Shown here: positions 1-10,237 of the stretch, one piece after another
How positions within the stretch are numbered: the stretch's first letter is position 1
Layout of the letters: every line of letters starts with the position of its first letter
Origin: an uncultured Bacteroidales bacterium
Lineage (GTDB): Bacteria; Bacteroidota; Bacteroidia; Bacteroidales; UBA10428
Length of the DNA stretch: 64,000 bases
Assembly (NCBI GenBank): GCA_964618645.1
Contig: CAZUBW010000011.1
Span: 2,367 to 66,366 of the forward strand
Direction: 5' to 3'
Translations under genes and position numbers: made by a program
The notes under the pieces: model-generated
What the model saw: only the letters and a program-made list of their open reading frames with translations
What the model was told of the DNA's origin: nothing
Database searches by the model: none

Positions 1-1
1 A

Positions 2-2314
2 TATTTTCCTGCTTATCATCCTGCAAGCTCAAAAGGCCATTTTTTAAAAGCGAAATACACGCTGTTACTTGCTATCCTGGTTTTTATACAACCGCTGCTT
101 TTTAGTCAGCATTTATCTGTGCAGGTTAAGGAATCGGCTACCGGTCAGCCTGTTCCTTATGCCTATGCACGCTGGCAATCGACCGGACAGGATAAAGAGC
201 AGGGGAGTGCCCTTTCTGATAAAGATGGCTTTTTTACCCTGCCGCTCAGTAGTGAGCGTACCGTGCTTTCCATTGCCTGTTTGGGTTTTAAAAACTATAA
301 CGATACGGTTTTCCTGTCGGGAACCATAGTAGTGGAACTGGAACAGGATCTTTTTAACCTCGAAGCTATAACAGTTACCGGAACCCGTACCCCGCATACG
401 CTTAAAGAGGCTCCTGTCCTTACCCAGCTGATCTCGCGGCAGGAGATTGAACGTGTGGATGCTCTTACCATCGCTGAAATTTTGGAAGCCGAAGTCCCCG
501 GTATAGAGCTTTCCAGGCATGGATACGGACAATCCATGACAATGCAGGGCCTGGAACCACAGTATGCACTGGTACTTATCGACGGTGAACGTATGGCCGG
601 CGAAACCGGAGGGAACGTTGATTATTCGCGACTCAATGCTGCCAATATCGAAAAGGTGGAAATTGTCCGAGGCGCCGGTTCTGCACTTTACGGGTCCAAC
701 GCCATGGGTGGGGTTATTAATGTTATCACCAAAAAGCCGGCCAAAACAGTGGATATTTCAGCCTCATTCAGGTATGCGCAGTTCAATCAGAAAAACTACG
801 ATGATGACTATGTCTATGACGAAACCTACGAACGCGACTTTTACAGGAACCAGGACAAGCCCAATTTAAACGCAAATCTTACAATGGGTTTCAGGGGCCG
901 TAATTTTTACAGCAACACTTATGTGAATTTCAAAAGTGCCGACGGGTACGTTCTTAGCGACAGGGAGAACCTGCAGGAACACTATGTGAAAATAGACACA
1001 ACGGTTGTCCACCCATTGGGGACTTCCGCCATCAGCGGTATGCTCGATTATACCATCAGCCAGAAACTGGGATTCGATGCAGATAAGAAATGGGCCTTTG
1101 AAATAAGGGGGAATTATTACAACCACGAGGAATTCCCTACTTTTAGGTCGGACTGGCAGCACGATTTATACAAAAACCATACGCTTGGCGGGTTTGCTAA
1201 ATACCGTGTATCCCGCACCAATGAGCTTCGGCTTACCTGGAATTCCGATGTGTACGATAAGTACGATGTGTTTGAACGATTAAATCATACAGCACTGAAC
1301 TACAGGAATGTTTTTCACAATGCCAGGCTGAACTATGTATTTGGTTCCGGAACCAGGCACAGGATTTTTGCAGGAACGGAAAATCTTTATGAGGTACTCG
1401 AAACAGATATGTTTGCAGCGGATGCTGACAAACTGGTCAGCAGATCGGTAAACGATGCCATGCTTGTATTGCAGGATGAGTTCAGGGTCACTGAAAAATT
1501 CCAGGCCGTGCTGGGACTTCGGTCGGGATACCATACGACTTTTTCTTTCCATGCTTCACCATTGGTTACGCTTAGATATCAGCTTAAAGATGTCAACTTC
1601 AGACTGAATTATGCCAGGGGATACCGTTCACCGACACTGAAGGAACTCTATATGAACTGGAGCCATTTGGGCATGTTCCGGATTATCGGTAGCACAGCAT
1701 TAAAGCCTGAAACCAACGACTATTTTGCCCTGTCGGCAGATTACCTCAATACAAACCAAAAGGTAAATGCCACCATCATTGCTTCGTTTAACCAGATCCA
1801 CAACAAAATCGACGGGATATGGCTGAACGATACTACGGTAAATTACCTGAATCTTAATAAAGTCGATATGCTGAACGTGGAATCATTGTTAAAATGGCGG
1901 ATGCATCAATATTTCAATTTTAAAGGAGGTTATGTGTTTACCCGGCAGATGAAAGACGAAAATGTGGTCGCCCTTTCAGAAGTCAGCCCCCACGCCTTTA
2001 CCTCACAACTTGAGTTTATATATGGCAGGAAAAAAATTGATTTGTCGGCCAGTATTTCCGGCAAGTTTTACAGCAGCAAAACAGTGTCTGCTGAAAACGA
2101 GGACTCTGAAAGCACACTCTACCAAGAACTGTATGCGATTCAATACCCTGCTTATACGCTCTGGAACCTTACCGTAAGGGTAAGTTACCATAAACACCTG
2201 GTGCTGACCACCGGGCTTAAAAATATATTCGACTACACGGCGCCGGTGGTTACCATGAATACCTCACCCAGTGTGGGACGCAGGTATTTTGCCTCCATTA
2301 CGTATCATTTTTAA
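2..2314 (+). CDS. TonB-dependent outer-membrane receptor, HmuR-like (5' end unresolved)
   Basis: The ORF track gives 119..2314 (GTG start). The same frame stays open back to nt 2. It encodes a signal-peptide-like KYTLLLAILVFIQPLLFSQ with no ATG/GTG/TTG before 119, so the true start probably lies left of the window. Carboxypeptidase-regulatory-like N-terminus, plug motifs (ITVTGTR; VEIVRGAGSALYGSNAMGGVINVITK) and a terminal aromatic residue (ITYHF). Followed 24 nt later by an HmuY-like gene. Confidence 0.85.
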   Translation, partial: YFPAYHPASSKGHFLKAKYTLLLAILVFIQPLLFSQHLSVQVKESATGQPVPYAYARWQSTGQDKEQGSALSDKDGFFTLPLSSERTVLSIACLGFKNYNDTVFLSGTIVVELEQDLFNLEAITVTGTRTPHTLKEAPVLTQLISRQEIERVDALTIAEILEAEVPGIELSRHGYGQSMTMQGLEPQYALVLIDGERMAGETGGNVDYSRLNAANIEKVEIVRGAGSALYGSNAMGGVINVITKKPAKTVDISASFRYAQFNQKNYDDDYVYDETYERDFYRNQDKPNLNANLTMGFRGRNFYSNTYVNFKSADGYVLSDRENLQEHYVKIDTTVVHPLGTSAISGMLDYTISQKLGFDADKKWAFEIRGNYYNHEEFPTFRSDWQHDLYKNHTLGGFAKYRVSRTNELRLTWNSDVYDKYDVFERLNHTALNYRNVFHNARLNYVFGSGTRHRIFAGTENLYEVLETDMFAADADKLVSRSVNDAMLVLQDEFRVTEKFQAVLGLRSGYHTTFSFHASPLVTLRYQLKDVNFRLNYARGYRSPTLKELYMNWSHLGMFRIIGSTALKPETNDYFALSADYLNTNQKVNATIIASFNQIHNKIDGIWLNDTTVNYLNLNKVDMLNVESLLKWRMHQYFNFKGGYVFTRQMKDENVVALSEVSPHAFTSQLEFIYGRKKIDLSASISGKFYSSKTVSAENEDSESTLYQELYAIQYPAYTLWNLTVRVSYHKHLVLTTGLKNIFDYTAPVVTMNTSPSVGRRYFASITYHF

Positions 2315-2338
2315 CCAATTTTCATAAAACTGAACAAC

Positions 2339-2938
2339 ATGAGAACATTCTTTTTAGCTGCTTTGGCAATCGCGGGACTTACCTTCATATTCACTTCGTG
2401 TGAAAAGGATGACAATGTTATACCAGCCAATACTGTGACCATTGATGCCTCGGCCTATGACAAGTGGGTTTATTTCTCCTTCGATGAAGGTTCCACCGTT
2501 GATATTACCGATTATAAAACTTCCACCGGCTGGGATTTAGGGTTTCATCGTTTCGATGTCAGGGTGAATGGCGGAACATCAGGCCCCGGGCAGGGAGGGA
2601 CCTATGCAACCGGCGAAACCGATTTTAATGCTGTTACCATTGCGCCTGCAACAGGTTATTCGCTGAACGATTCCATCAGCATTGCCATTGACATCACGTC
2701 TATGCCACCGGTAATGGAGACCGTTCCCGGCGATACAATGCTGGCTACCTGGATTACCATGCAATACGGAGATGCCGGACCTGAATACCTATACAGTAAC
2801 GAAGTATTTGTTGTAAAAACAGCTTCGGGGAAATATGCCAAAATCCAGCTGAAAGATTATTTCAACGACCTGGGTAAAAGCGGGCATGTCAACATGAAGT
2901 ACAGCTATCAAAGCGATGGCAGCACAAAATTCGATTGA
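2339..2938 (+). CDS. hmuY: HmuY-family heme-binding lipoprotein
   Basis: 199 aa with a lipobox (LTFIFTSC). Collinear with P. gingivalis HmuY as I remember it: VTIDASAYDKWVYFSF..VDITDYK..WDLGFHRFDVRVNGG versus VTIDASKYETWQYFSF..VNVTDYK..WDMALHRYDVRLNCG. The C-terminus GKYAKIQLKDY matches GNIAKVQFTDY. Confidence 0.8.
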   Translation: MRTFFLAALAIAGLTFIFTSCEKDDNVIPANTVTIDASAYDKWVYFSFDEGSTVDITDYKTSTGWDLGFHRFDVRVNGGTSGPGQGGTYATGETDFNAVTIAPATGYSLNDSISIAIDITSMPPVMETVPGDTMLATWITMQYGDAGPEYLYSNEVFVVKTASGKYAKIQLKDYFNDLGKSGHVNMKYSYQSDGSTKFD

Positions 2939-3018
2939 ATCGATTTGGTAAAAAGAATTTATACCTTTGAAGCAGGTTCTCCGCTTTGGCGGAATTTTTT
3001 CAACTACCAGCAGCTTCA

Positions 3019-3615
3019 ATGGATTATTTCGAAAAAACCATTATTGAAAGGCTTAAAGCAGGAGACGAAGAAGCATTCGAATATCTTTACCGCCAGTATT
3101 TTGCGCGATTATACCATTATGCCTGTAACCTGCTCAACAATAGGGTGGGGGCTGAAGAAGCGGTGTGCGATGTATTTGCCGGTATCTGGGAAAAACGTCT
3201 GCAATTGAGCATTGACCATTCCGTTAAGTCGTACCTTTTCCGTTCGGTTTACCATCATTGCCTTAACCAGATTAGGCAGTTGCAGGTGGAGAATAAATAC
3301 AAACTTTACTTCCTTCAGTACTGGAGCGAAAATCCGGATGAATTTAGCGAATACCCTTTTGAGAAACTGCTTGAAAAGGAACTGGAACTAAAAATTGAAG
3401 AGGCACTGGCCAGCCTGCCTGATCAGTGTCGCGAAATGTTTCTGTTAAGTCGCGATGAAGGCCTTACCCATGCCGAAATAGCCCTAAGGTATGGCGTATC
3501 GGTCAATACAGTGCACACTCAAATTGCCAGGGCATTGAAAAAGCTCAAAGAGGCGTTACAGCAATACCTGCCATACTTACTCATGCTGCTCCACTACTGG
3601 AAATCTACTGCCTGA
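3019..3615 (+). CDS. ECF-type RNA polymerase sigma-70 factor
   Basis: The ORF track gives 2986..3615 starting at TTG. The first ATG is at 3019 (MDYFEKTIIERLKAGDEEAFEYLY). Region-2-like EEAVCDVFAGIWEKR and region-4 HTH LTHAEIALRYGVSVNTVHTQIARALKKLK. Lies upstream of a FecR-type gene. Confidence 0.9.
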   Translation: MDYFEKTIIERLKAGDEEAFEYLYRQYFARLYHYACNLLNNRVGAEEAVCDVFAGIWEKRLQLSIDHSVKSYLFRSVYHHCLNQIRQLQVENKYKLYFLQYWSENPDEFSEYPFEKLLEKELELKIEEALASLPDQCREMFLLSRDEGLTHAEIALRYGVSVNTVHTQIARALKKLKEALQQYLPYLLMLLHYWKSTA

Positions 3616-3747
3616 AGGATTTTTATATAATCTTACAGGCCTCATACAGTCAACTTACTAACGGCCAATGGTATAGAAAAAAATCCACAGGCTTTGTCAT
3701 TATTACTTCTTGTTTGTGTGTCTTACAATTATTAAAAAGAATTACGG

Positions 3748-4881
3748 ATGGTTGATCAAAGGAATGAGGAAATTACGCTGTTGCTTTACAAATGCTTAAC
3801 CGGAAAAGCCAGTGAGAAAGAGTATGAGGAGGCGTATCATTGGGTTCACCTGAACGGGGAAAATGCAGCGTACTTCGACACCTTGTACCAGTTATGGTTT
3901 GCTGCAGGTATGAAGCGCCAGGCAAATCCTGCTCTGCAGGAGCAGGTGTGGATGAAACTTAAAGCGCGTGTGAATATTAAGCCTGAAAAGCACAGGATAA
4001 ATGTAAAATGGTTGAGGATAGCTGCCATGTTAGCAGCCGCTATTTCGCTGGGATACTTTCTCAGGATGTTTTTCACCGACGACATTGGCGTAGCGCATTA
4101 TACCGTGGAGGCCCCCAAAGGAGCCAAATCAATTGTTACCATGGCCGACGGAAGCCGGGTTATGCTCAATGCCGGGAGTAAGATCTTCTATACATCGGAA
4201 TACAATGTCAACAACAGGGAATTGGCGCTTACCGGCGAGGCCTTTTTTGAGGTTGCCAAAAACAAAGCAAAGCCTTTCAGGGTGAAGGCTGGTGGCATTG
4301 TCATAAATGCGCTGGGTACAGCTTTTAATGTAAAGGCATACCCGGGTGAAGGAAGGGTTGAAACAACGTTGGTTGAAGGATTGGTAAGCATTGAAAAGAC
4401 GGGCAGGGGGGCCAACCAGGAACCCATCCTGTTGAAACCAAACCAGCAGGCTATATACTACAAAACCAAGGCCGAGCAACTGGCTGAAGCCAAAAAAACC
4501 GGTGAACCACATACGGATAATATAGCCCTGCAAAAACCTTTACCTGAAAAACAGGGCAGGATATTGCTTACACCCGAAGTTAAAACAGAAGTATTTACTT
4601 CATGGAAAGATAAACGGTGGATTTTCCAGAATGAACCATTTGGCGCGTTTGCCACCAAACTGGAGCGCATTTACGATGTAAGCATTGTTATTGAAGATGC
4701 AGAACTCATTAACTACAAGCTTACCGGATCTATTGAAGAAGACAATATTGAAATGGTATTAAGCGCGCTGCAGTTAATTATTCCCATCGACTATAAGTTT
4801 GAACGCAAACAGATCGTCATTCGTCTCAATGATGAACTGAAAAGAGATTTTGATCAGGCCCTGAAAAAAACAAACCAATAA
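3748..4881 (+). CDS. FecR-family anti-sigma factor / transmembrane sensor
   Basis: 377 aa with a single central TM helix (WLRIAAMLAAAISLGYFL). FecR-type periplasmic domain (MADGSRVMLNAGSKIFY..LTGEAFFEVAKNKAKPFRVKAGGIVINALGTAFNVKAY). Sits between the ECF sigma and an STN-domain SusC. Confidence 0.9.
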   Translation: MVDQRNEEITLLLYKCLTGKASEKEYEEAYHWVHLNGENAAYFDTLYQLWFAAGMKRQANPALQEQVWMKLKARVNIKPEKHRINVKWLRIAAMLAAAISLGYFLRMFFTDDIGVAHYTVEAPKGAKSIVTMADGSRVMLNAGSKIFYTSEYNVNNRELALTGEAFFEVAKNKAKPFRVKAGGIVINALGTAFNVKAYPGEGRVETTLVEGLVSIEKTGRGANQEPILLKPNQQAIYYKTKAEQLAEAKKTGEPHTDNIALQKPLPEKQGRILLTPEVKTEVFTSWKDKRWIFQNEPFGAFATKLERIYDVSIVIEDAELINYKLTGSIEEDNIEMVLSALQLIIPIDYKFERKQIVIRLNDELKRDFDQALKKTNQ

Positions 4882-5020
4882 ACAAATTGCCTATGGAATA
4901 AAAAAGCGCCAAAAAGGAAAGAGAGAAGTTACGGTTCTCTCTTTCCATGAAAAATTTACAATCGTGCTCATACTCAAACGAGTATAAAACACTCTTGTCT
5001 TACTAAAAACATACAAACTT

Positions 5021-8000
5021 ATGAAAAAAAAACTATCCCTGGGTCTTCCCACGCGTGGAAGATTCATGAAAAAAACCCTACTGATTATGAAACTTACAGT
5101 GCTGTTGCTTATTGTTGGCTTAACCAATCTTTCAGCAAACGTTTCAGCCCAGATGAACAGGCTTTCCATTGATGTGGATCAAACATCTGTTAAAGCAATA
5201 CTCCGCATGATTGAAGATCAAAGCGATTGCAGGTTTCTTTACAACGAGGATTTCAAGGGGCTCGACCGTGAGGTTACACTTGCCATAAACGATCTGCCCC
5301 TCGAAGACGCACTCAAACTATTGTTCAAAGAACAGGATCTGACATATAAGGTTTTCGACAATAATCTTATTGTAATAACGCCTGCCTCTTTAACCCTGCA
5401 GCAATCCTTAAGCGTCAGGGGCATTGTTAAAGATGCCGGCACGGGCGAACCACTGCCGGGTGTGAACATACTTATCGAAGGGACAAACAGTGGAACGGTA
5501 ACCGGTGTGGACGGTTCGTATGAAATTGAAGTTCCCGGTGCCAGCACAGTGCTGATGTTTTCGTACGTGGGGTATAACACCGAAAAGTACACTGTTGGCA
5601 GCAATACCCGCCTGGATGTAATGATGGTTCCCGATATAAAGCAGTTGAGCGAGGTAGTGGTGGTAGGCTATGGGGTACAGAAAAAGGTGAATGTTACCGG
5701 TGCGGTGGCAGCCCTCGATGGCGGCCTGGTTTCGCAAAAACCCGTAACACAGTTGTCTGCAGCGCTGCAGGGGATGGCTCCCGGCGTTACCATTATCCAG
5801 AATTCCGGACAACCTGGTGAAGATGCCGGTACCATCCGTATAAGGGGAATTGGCACACTGAACGACAACGATCCCCTGGTGCTGGTAGACGGTGTGGAGG
5901 CTGATATCAATGATGTTGATGCCAACGATATTGAAAATATCTCCATCCTGAAGGATGCCGCTGCTTCCGCCATATACGGCGTAAGGGCTGCCAATGGCGT
6001 GGTACTGATCACTACCAAAAGAGGCAGTAAAGACAAAGCTAAGGTCAGCTATTCGGGATACGTGGGGTTTCAGGACCCGACAAGGTTACCCGACTTTGTG
6101 GGAGCACAGGATTTTATGAAACTGGTTAATTTAACCCGAACCAATTCAGGTGCTGGAGCCCTATACACCAACGAAGATATAGCAGCATATGATAACCCAA
6201 ACCGCAACCTTGATACTTATCCCGATGCGTGCTGGATTGAAGAAGTATTGAGTGGCAGTGGCTTTCAGCAGGAACACAGCCTGGCAGTGGCCGGCGGGTC
6301 GGGCAATGTCATGTACCGGCTTTCTGCCAATTATTTCGACCAGGACGGACTGGTTAAACGAACCAATTTCGACCGTTTAACCATCAGGTTGAATTCGGAT
6401 ATTGAGGTAAACAAGCACCTGAGCATCAGCGCTGACCTGGCCGGCAAGTTTTCGTACCGGACGGAACCTCAAGGACAGGACGGCGTGTGGATGCAATTCG
6501 GGCAGGCCATGGTTACCAACCCCACCATTCCAATCCGCTATACCAATGGCGATTGGAGCCTAGGAAGGGGCGACGGCAATGTTATCCGTCTGCAATCCGA
6601 AGGAGGACGAAGAAATTACGAGGATAATCTGATGACCGGTAATTTTAAAGCCAATTATAAAATCTTCAGCGATCTTACCTTTACCGCCATGGTCAACGGT
6701 ACCTACGATACCTATTTTGTACGTAATTATACCCAGGCGCTCACGTATTACCTGCCGATTGGCGGAACCATTGTAAGGGATAACAATTCCCTTACGGACC
6801 AGACGGTAAAAAACTGGACCATGAATTACCAGGGTCTCCTCAATTACAGCAAAACTGTTGGGGATCATGCCATTGCCTTATTGGCGGGTGCTTCAAAAAT
6901 AACCAACCGTACCAATCTACTATCGGGATATCGTCATAGCGGTTCACTGGCCGACTTGCCACAGCTGAATGCCGGTGACCCATCAACCCAGGAGAATGAT
7001 GGCTATTTCGACGATTTTGCCTTGCTGTCGTATTTTGGAAGATTGAACTATGCTTTCAAAGACAGGTATTTGATTGAGGCCAATATCCGCAGAGACGCCT
7101 CATCTCGTTTTGCCGAGGAAAATCACTGGGGTACCTTCCCCTCCTTTTCATTGGGATGGCGGATTTCCAAAGAAGCTTTCATGAGTTCCATTGGGTTTTT
7201 TAAAGAGTTAAAGATCAGGGGATCATGGGGTATGCTGGGCAACCAGGAGGTTGGAAATAACTATGCCTATCAATCGCTTGTCAACCTGGGCAGGGATTAT
7301 CCTTTTGGCAGCAGCCTTGTTTCGGGAGCGCGAATGAGTACTTATCCCAATCGCGAAATATCGTGGGAAACCACGCGTATGACTGATATTGGTGTGGATG
7401 CTTCAGTGCTAAACGGCCAGCTCGATTTTACCTTCGATTACTATGTAAAGTTGACATCGGATATTTTGCTTAACCTGCCCATTCCCTCGAGTGTCGGACT
7501 GGGAGCCCCCGTTCAGAACGCCGGCGAGGTGGAGAATAGGGGCTGGGAGTTCACCATCGGGTATCGCGGGCAGGTTTTTAATGATCTGCGGTATGCCGTG
7601 CGGTTTAACTTGTCGGATGTGAAAAACAAGATCACCGACCTGAAGGATGCCGACTTTCTGCAGGGCAATAACGACAATATTATCTGGGCTTATTACGAAG
7701 GACATCCCATTGGCGCTTATTACGGATACGATAGTGAAGGCATTCTCAGAACCGATGCCCAACTGGCAGGGCATGTCACGCAGTTTGGCAATGCCGTAGT
7801 GAAAGGTGATCTGGGATATATCGACAATGAACCCGACGGCAATATCAATTCCCGCGACAGAACCATTATCGGCAGCGATATTCCCCGTTATACGTATGGC
7901 TTTAACCTGGACCTGGCCTATAAAGGACTTGATTTCATTGCTTTCTTCCAGGGCGTTGGAAAGGTAGATGTAAACACCCTGCAGTTCAACAAAGCGCCAA

Positions 8001-8350
8001 CAAGTTCAGATGGCAATTTTCGGGATTTTCAGCAGGATAACTGGCGCGAAGATAACGTGGGTGCAGAATTTCCCCGGCTGATCACTTCTACACAAAATTA
8101 CGTTTCCTCTTCCTACTGGATTAAGAGCGGAGCTTATCTGCGCTTAAAGAATATCCAACTGGGTTACACCCTGAATAGCGCCTTAACCCAAAAGGTGGGT
8201 ATTTCGCGTTGCCGCTTGTACATCGCAGGCCAAAACCTGCTCACCTGGTCGGGTCTGAACGATTACGGAATCGACCCGGAAAATCCTACCGATAACCGCT
8301 ATTATCCGCAGGTGAAGACATACACGCTTGGCATTAATGTTGATTTTTAA
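5021..8350 (+). CDS. SusC/RagA-family TonB-linked transporter with N-terminal STN signalling domain
   Basis: 1109 aa. Long basic N-region then LLIMKLTVLLL, typical of sigma-coupled SusC. STN domain (VKAILRMIEDQSDCRFLYNED..LIVITP), carboxypeptidase-regulatory domain (VRGIVKDAGTGEPLPGVNILIEGT), plug (ILKDAAASAIYGVRAANGVVLITTKRG) and C-terminal ...TLGINVDF. Confidence 0.95.
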   Translation: MKKKLSLGLPTRGRFMKKTLLIMKLTVLLLIVGLTNLSANVSAQMNRLSIDVDQTSVKAILRMIEDQSDCRFLYNEDFKGLDREVTLAINDLPLEDALKLLFKEQDLTYKVFDNNLIVITPASLTLQQSLSVRGIVKDAGTGEPLPGVNILIEGTNSGTVTGVDGSYEIEVPGASTVLMFSYVGYNTEKYTVGSNTRLDVMMVPDIKQLSEVVVVGYGVQKKVNVTGAVAALDGGLVSQKPVTQLSAALQGMAPGVTIIQNSGQPGEDAGTIRIRGIGTLNDNDPLVLVDGVEADINDVDANDIENISILKDAAASAIYGVRAANGVVLITTKRGSKDKAKVSYSGYVGFQDPTRLPDFVGAQDFMKLVNLTRTNSGAGALYTNEDIAAYDNPNRNLDTYPDACWIEEVLSGSGFQQEHSLAVAGGSGNVMYRLSANYFDQDGLVKRTNFDRLTIRLNSDIEVNKHLSISADLAGKFSYRTEPQGQDGVWMQFGQAMVTNPTIPIRYTNGDWSLGRGDGNVIRLQSEGGRRNYEDNLMTGNFKANYKIFSDLTFTAMVNGTYDTYFVRNYTQALTYYLPIGGTIVRDNNSLTDQTVKNWTMNYQGLLNYSKTVGDHAIALLAGASKITNRTNLLSGYRHSGSLADLPQLNAGDPSTQENDGYFDDFALLSYFGRLNYAFKDRYLIEANIRRDASSRFAEENHWGTFPSFSLGWRISKEAFMSSIGFFKELKIRGSWGMLGNQEVGNNYAYQSLVNLGRDYPFGSSLVSGARMSTYPNREISWETTRMTDIGVDASVLNGQLDFTFDYYVKLTSDILLNLPIPSSVGLGAPVQNAGEVENRGWEFTIGYRGQVFNDLRYAVRFNLSDVKNKITDLKDADFLQGNNDNIIWAYYEGHPIGAYYGYDSEGILRTDAQLAGHVTQFGNAVVKGDLGYIDNEPDGNINSRDRTIIGSDIPRYTYGFNLDLAYKGLDFIAFFQGVGKVDVNTLQFNKAPTSSDGNFRDFQQDNWREDNVGAEFPRLITSTQNYVSSSYWIKSGAYLRLKNIQLGYTLNSALTQKVGISRCRLYIAGQNLLTWSGLNDYGIDPENPTDNRYYPQVKTYTLGINVDF

Positions 8351-8361
8351 AATTACAGCTT

Positions 8362-9939
8362 ATGAAAAGGAATATTCTGATATATAGCATATTATTCTTC
8401 AGTGCACTGCTTTTTTCGTGCAACGAAGATTTCCTTGATTTGTCAAAGGAAGACGCCTACACCAGTGAGAATTACTGGAAAACTACCGAACAGGCCGAGA
8501 TGTATGTCACAGCCTGTTATACCTACCTGCGCGACGAATGGTGGAAGACATTTCTTACCTGTGGCACAGACGACAGTTATTCGTGGAGCGACTGGCCAAG
8601 TGATATACGTTTATTGGGAAACGGAACGGCCACTGCCAGCAGCGGAACCATCGGTCATTTCTGGTCGCATTACTACCAGGCCATAGCAGCAGCCAATATT
8701 GTACATGAGAATATTGACAAAGTTACCGACATTGATGAGTCGCTGCGTAAAAGGCTGGACGCCGAAGCCAGGTTCATACGCGATTACGCCTACCAGCAAT
8801 TGATAGGTTTGTATGGCGATGTACCCCTTATTGATCATCTGCAGGAAATTGACGAGTTCAAACCAGCCAAAACCCCAAAGGCTGAAATAGTTCAGTTTAT
8901 TGTTGATGACATTGATGAATATTACAACAATTTGCCGGTTACATACGAGAACGCTACCGATGAGGGCCGCGTTACACGTGGCGCTGCACTGGCGCTGAAA
9001 GCCAGGGCGCTGTTGTACAACGGGCAGTGGGCCGAAGCTGCAGCAGCAGCAAAAGATGTGATGGACCTCGATGTTTATGATATCGACCCGTCATATCCGA
9101 GTCTGTTCGACGGAACCAACGAAAGCAGCACAGAAATAATCCTGGCCGGCAGGTTTATTCCTACAGCAAAGAGCTCATTGGCAACCTGGGTTTGCGGACC
9201 TTATGTAGGCGGCTGGTCGCAGGTGGTTCCTACCCAATCGCTGGTTGATGCATACGAATGTACTGATGGTCTGACCATTGATCAATCACCCCTTTACGAT
9301 CCGGACAATCCCTATGCAAACCGTGATCCGCGTTTGGGAATGACCGTAGTGGTACCAGGCGGAGAAGTCAATGGCATCGTCATTGATGTCACCGATCCCG
9401 ATTCGCCTTACCGGATGGGACAAAACAATGCTTCTTACACAGCCTACTATTACAAAAAGTATACGCCCGCGGTCATTGATGGCGGTTGGGACGGTAATTC
9501 CACAAATGATGTCATTGTTTTACGCTATGCCGAGGTGTTACTTACATACGCTGAAGCTAAAATTGAAAACAACGACATCGATCAGAGCGTTTACGATGCT
9601 ATTAACGAGGTGCGTCAACGTGCAGATGTAAATATGCCGGCCATTACCACTGGTAAAACACAACAGGAACTTCGCGACATAGTAAGGCGTGAACGCCGCG
9701 TTGAATTTGCCATTGAAGAACAGCGGCTGTTCGATATCCGCCGTTGGGGAATTGCCGAAGAGGTAATGCCTGGGGATATACATGGCATCTTTAACAATTT
9801 CGATAACACCCGCGAAGATTATGGCAGTTATGTACTGGTGGAAACACGGCAGTTTGATCCATCGAAGGATTATGTCTGGGGATACCCGCAAAGCGAGGTG
9901 GATTTAAACACGAATCTCATTCAAAACAACAAATGGTAA
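8362..9939 (+). CDS. SusD/RagB-family nutrient-binding outer-membrane lipoprotein
   Basis: 525 aa starting 12 nt after SusC. Lipobox (ALLFSC). SusD-type motifs (RAEARFIRDYAYQQL; VIVLRYAEVLLTYAEAKIE; RRERRVEFAIEEQRLFDIRRWG). Confidence 0.95.
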   Translation: MKRNILIYSILFFSALLFSCNEDFLDLSKEDAYTSENYWKTTEQAEMYVTACYTYLRDEWWKTFLTCGTDDSYSWSDWPSDIRLLGNGTATASSGTIGHFWSHYYQAIAAANIVHENIDKVTDIDESLRKRLDAEARFIRDYAYQQLIGLYGDVPLIDHLQEIDEFKPAKTPKAEIVQFIVDDIDEYYNNLPVTYENATDEGRVTRGAALALKARALLYNGQWAEAAAAAKDVMDLDVYDIDPSYPSLFDGTNESSTEIILAGRFIPTAKSSLATWVCGPYVGGWSQVVPTQSLVDAYECTDGLTIDQSPLYDPDNPYANRDPRLGMTVVVPGGEVNGIVIDVTDPDSPYRMGQNNASYTAYYYKKYTPAVIDGGWDGNSTNDVIVLRYAEVLLTYAEAKIENNDIDQSVYDAINEVRQRADVNMPAITTGKTQQELRDIVRRERRVEFAIEEQRLFDIRRWGIAEEVMPGDIHGIFNNFDNTREDYGSYVLVETRQFDPSKDYVWGYPQSEVDLNTNLIQNNKW

Positions 9940-9986
9940 AAGGTTAGTGTGCGATTTGGATTAGGTTGCTGCTACTTTTAGTGTGA

Positions 9987-10019
9987 GGAGCCACCCCTGC
10001 CGGGTGGCTCCCTTTTTTC
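9987..10019 (+). terminator. Rho-independent terminator after susD-like gene
   Basis: ggagccaccc-ctgcc-gggtggctcc gives a perfect 10-bp GC-rich stem, followed by a T-run (cttttttc). Lies 48 nt after the stop at 9939. Confidence 0.75.
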
Positions 10020-10237
10020 TTTTACGGTAATAGATAAATTGCCATCCAATGACTTCAGTAGGTACTTAACGGTAGCAGTTTGATTATAGAATGCTTATAT
10101 TTACAGGGTGAGCTTATGCCTGTTGAGTTCCTTGAAGAGAGGGTAAGATTGGTTTAATCACGTTTTATCAATGGTTAGTGCCTTGGGAAATACCGAAAAT
10201 GGCATCCATTCATTCATACGAAAAAAAACCATAAATT

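Noticed and set aside
5021-5065. Shorter start (Met at 5066) for the first SusC
   Set aside because: Sigma-coupled SusC proteins typically have a long basic N-region before the LLIMKLT helix, and the second SusC in this window shows the same pattern with no internal Met. I kept the upstream ATG.
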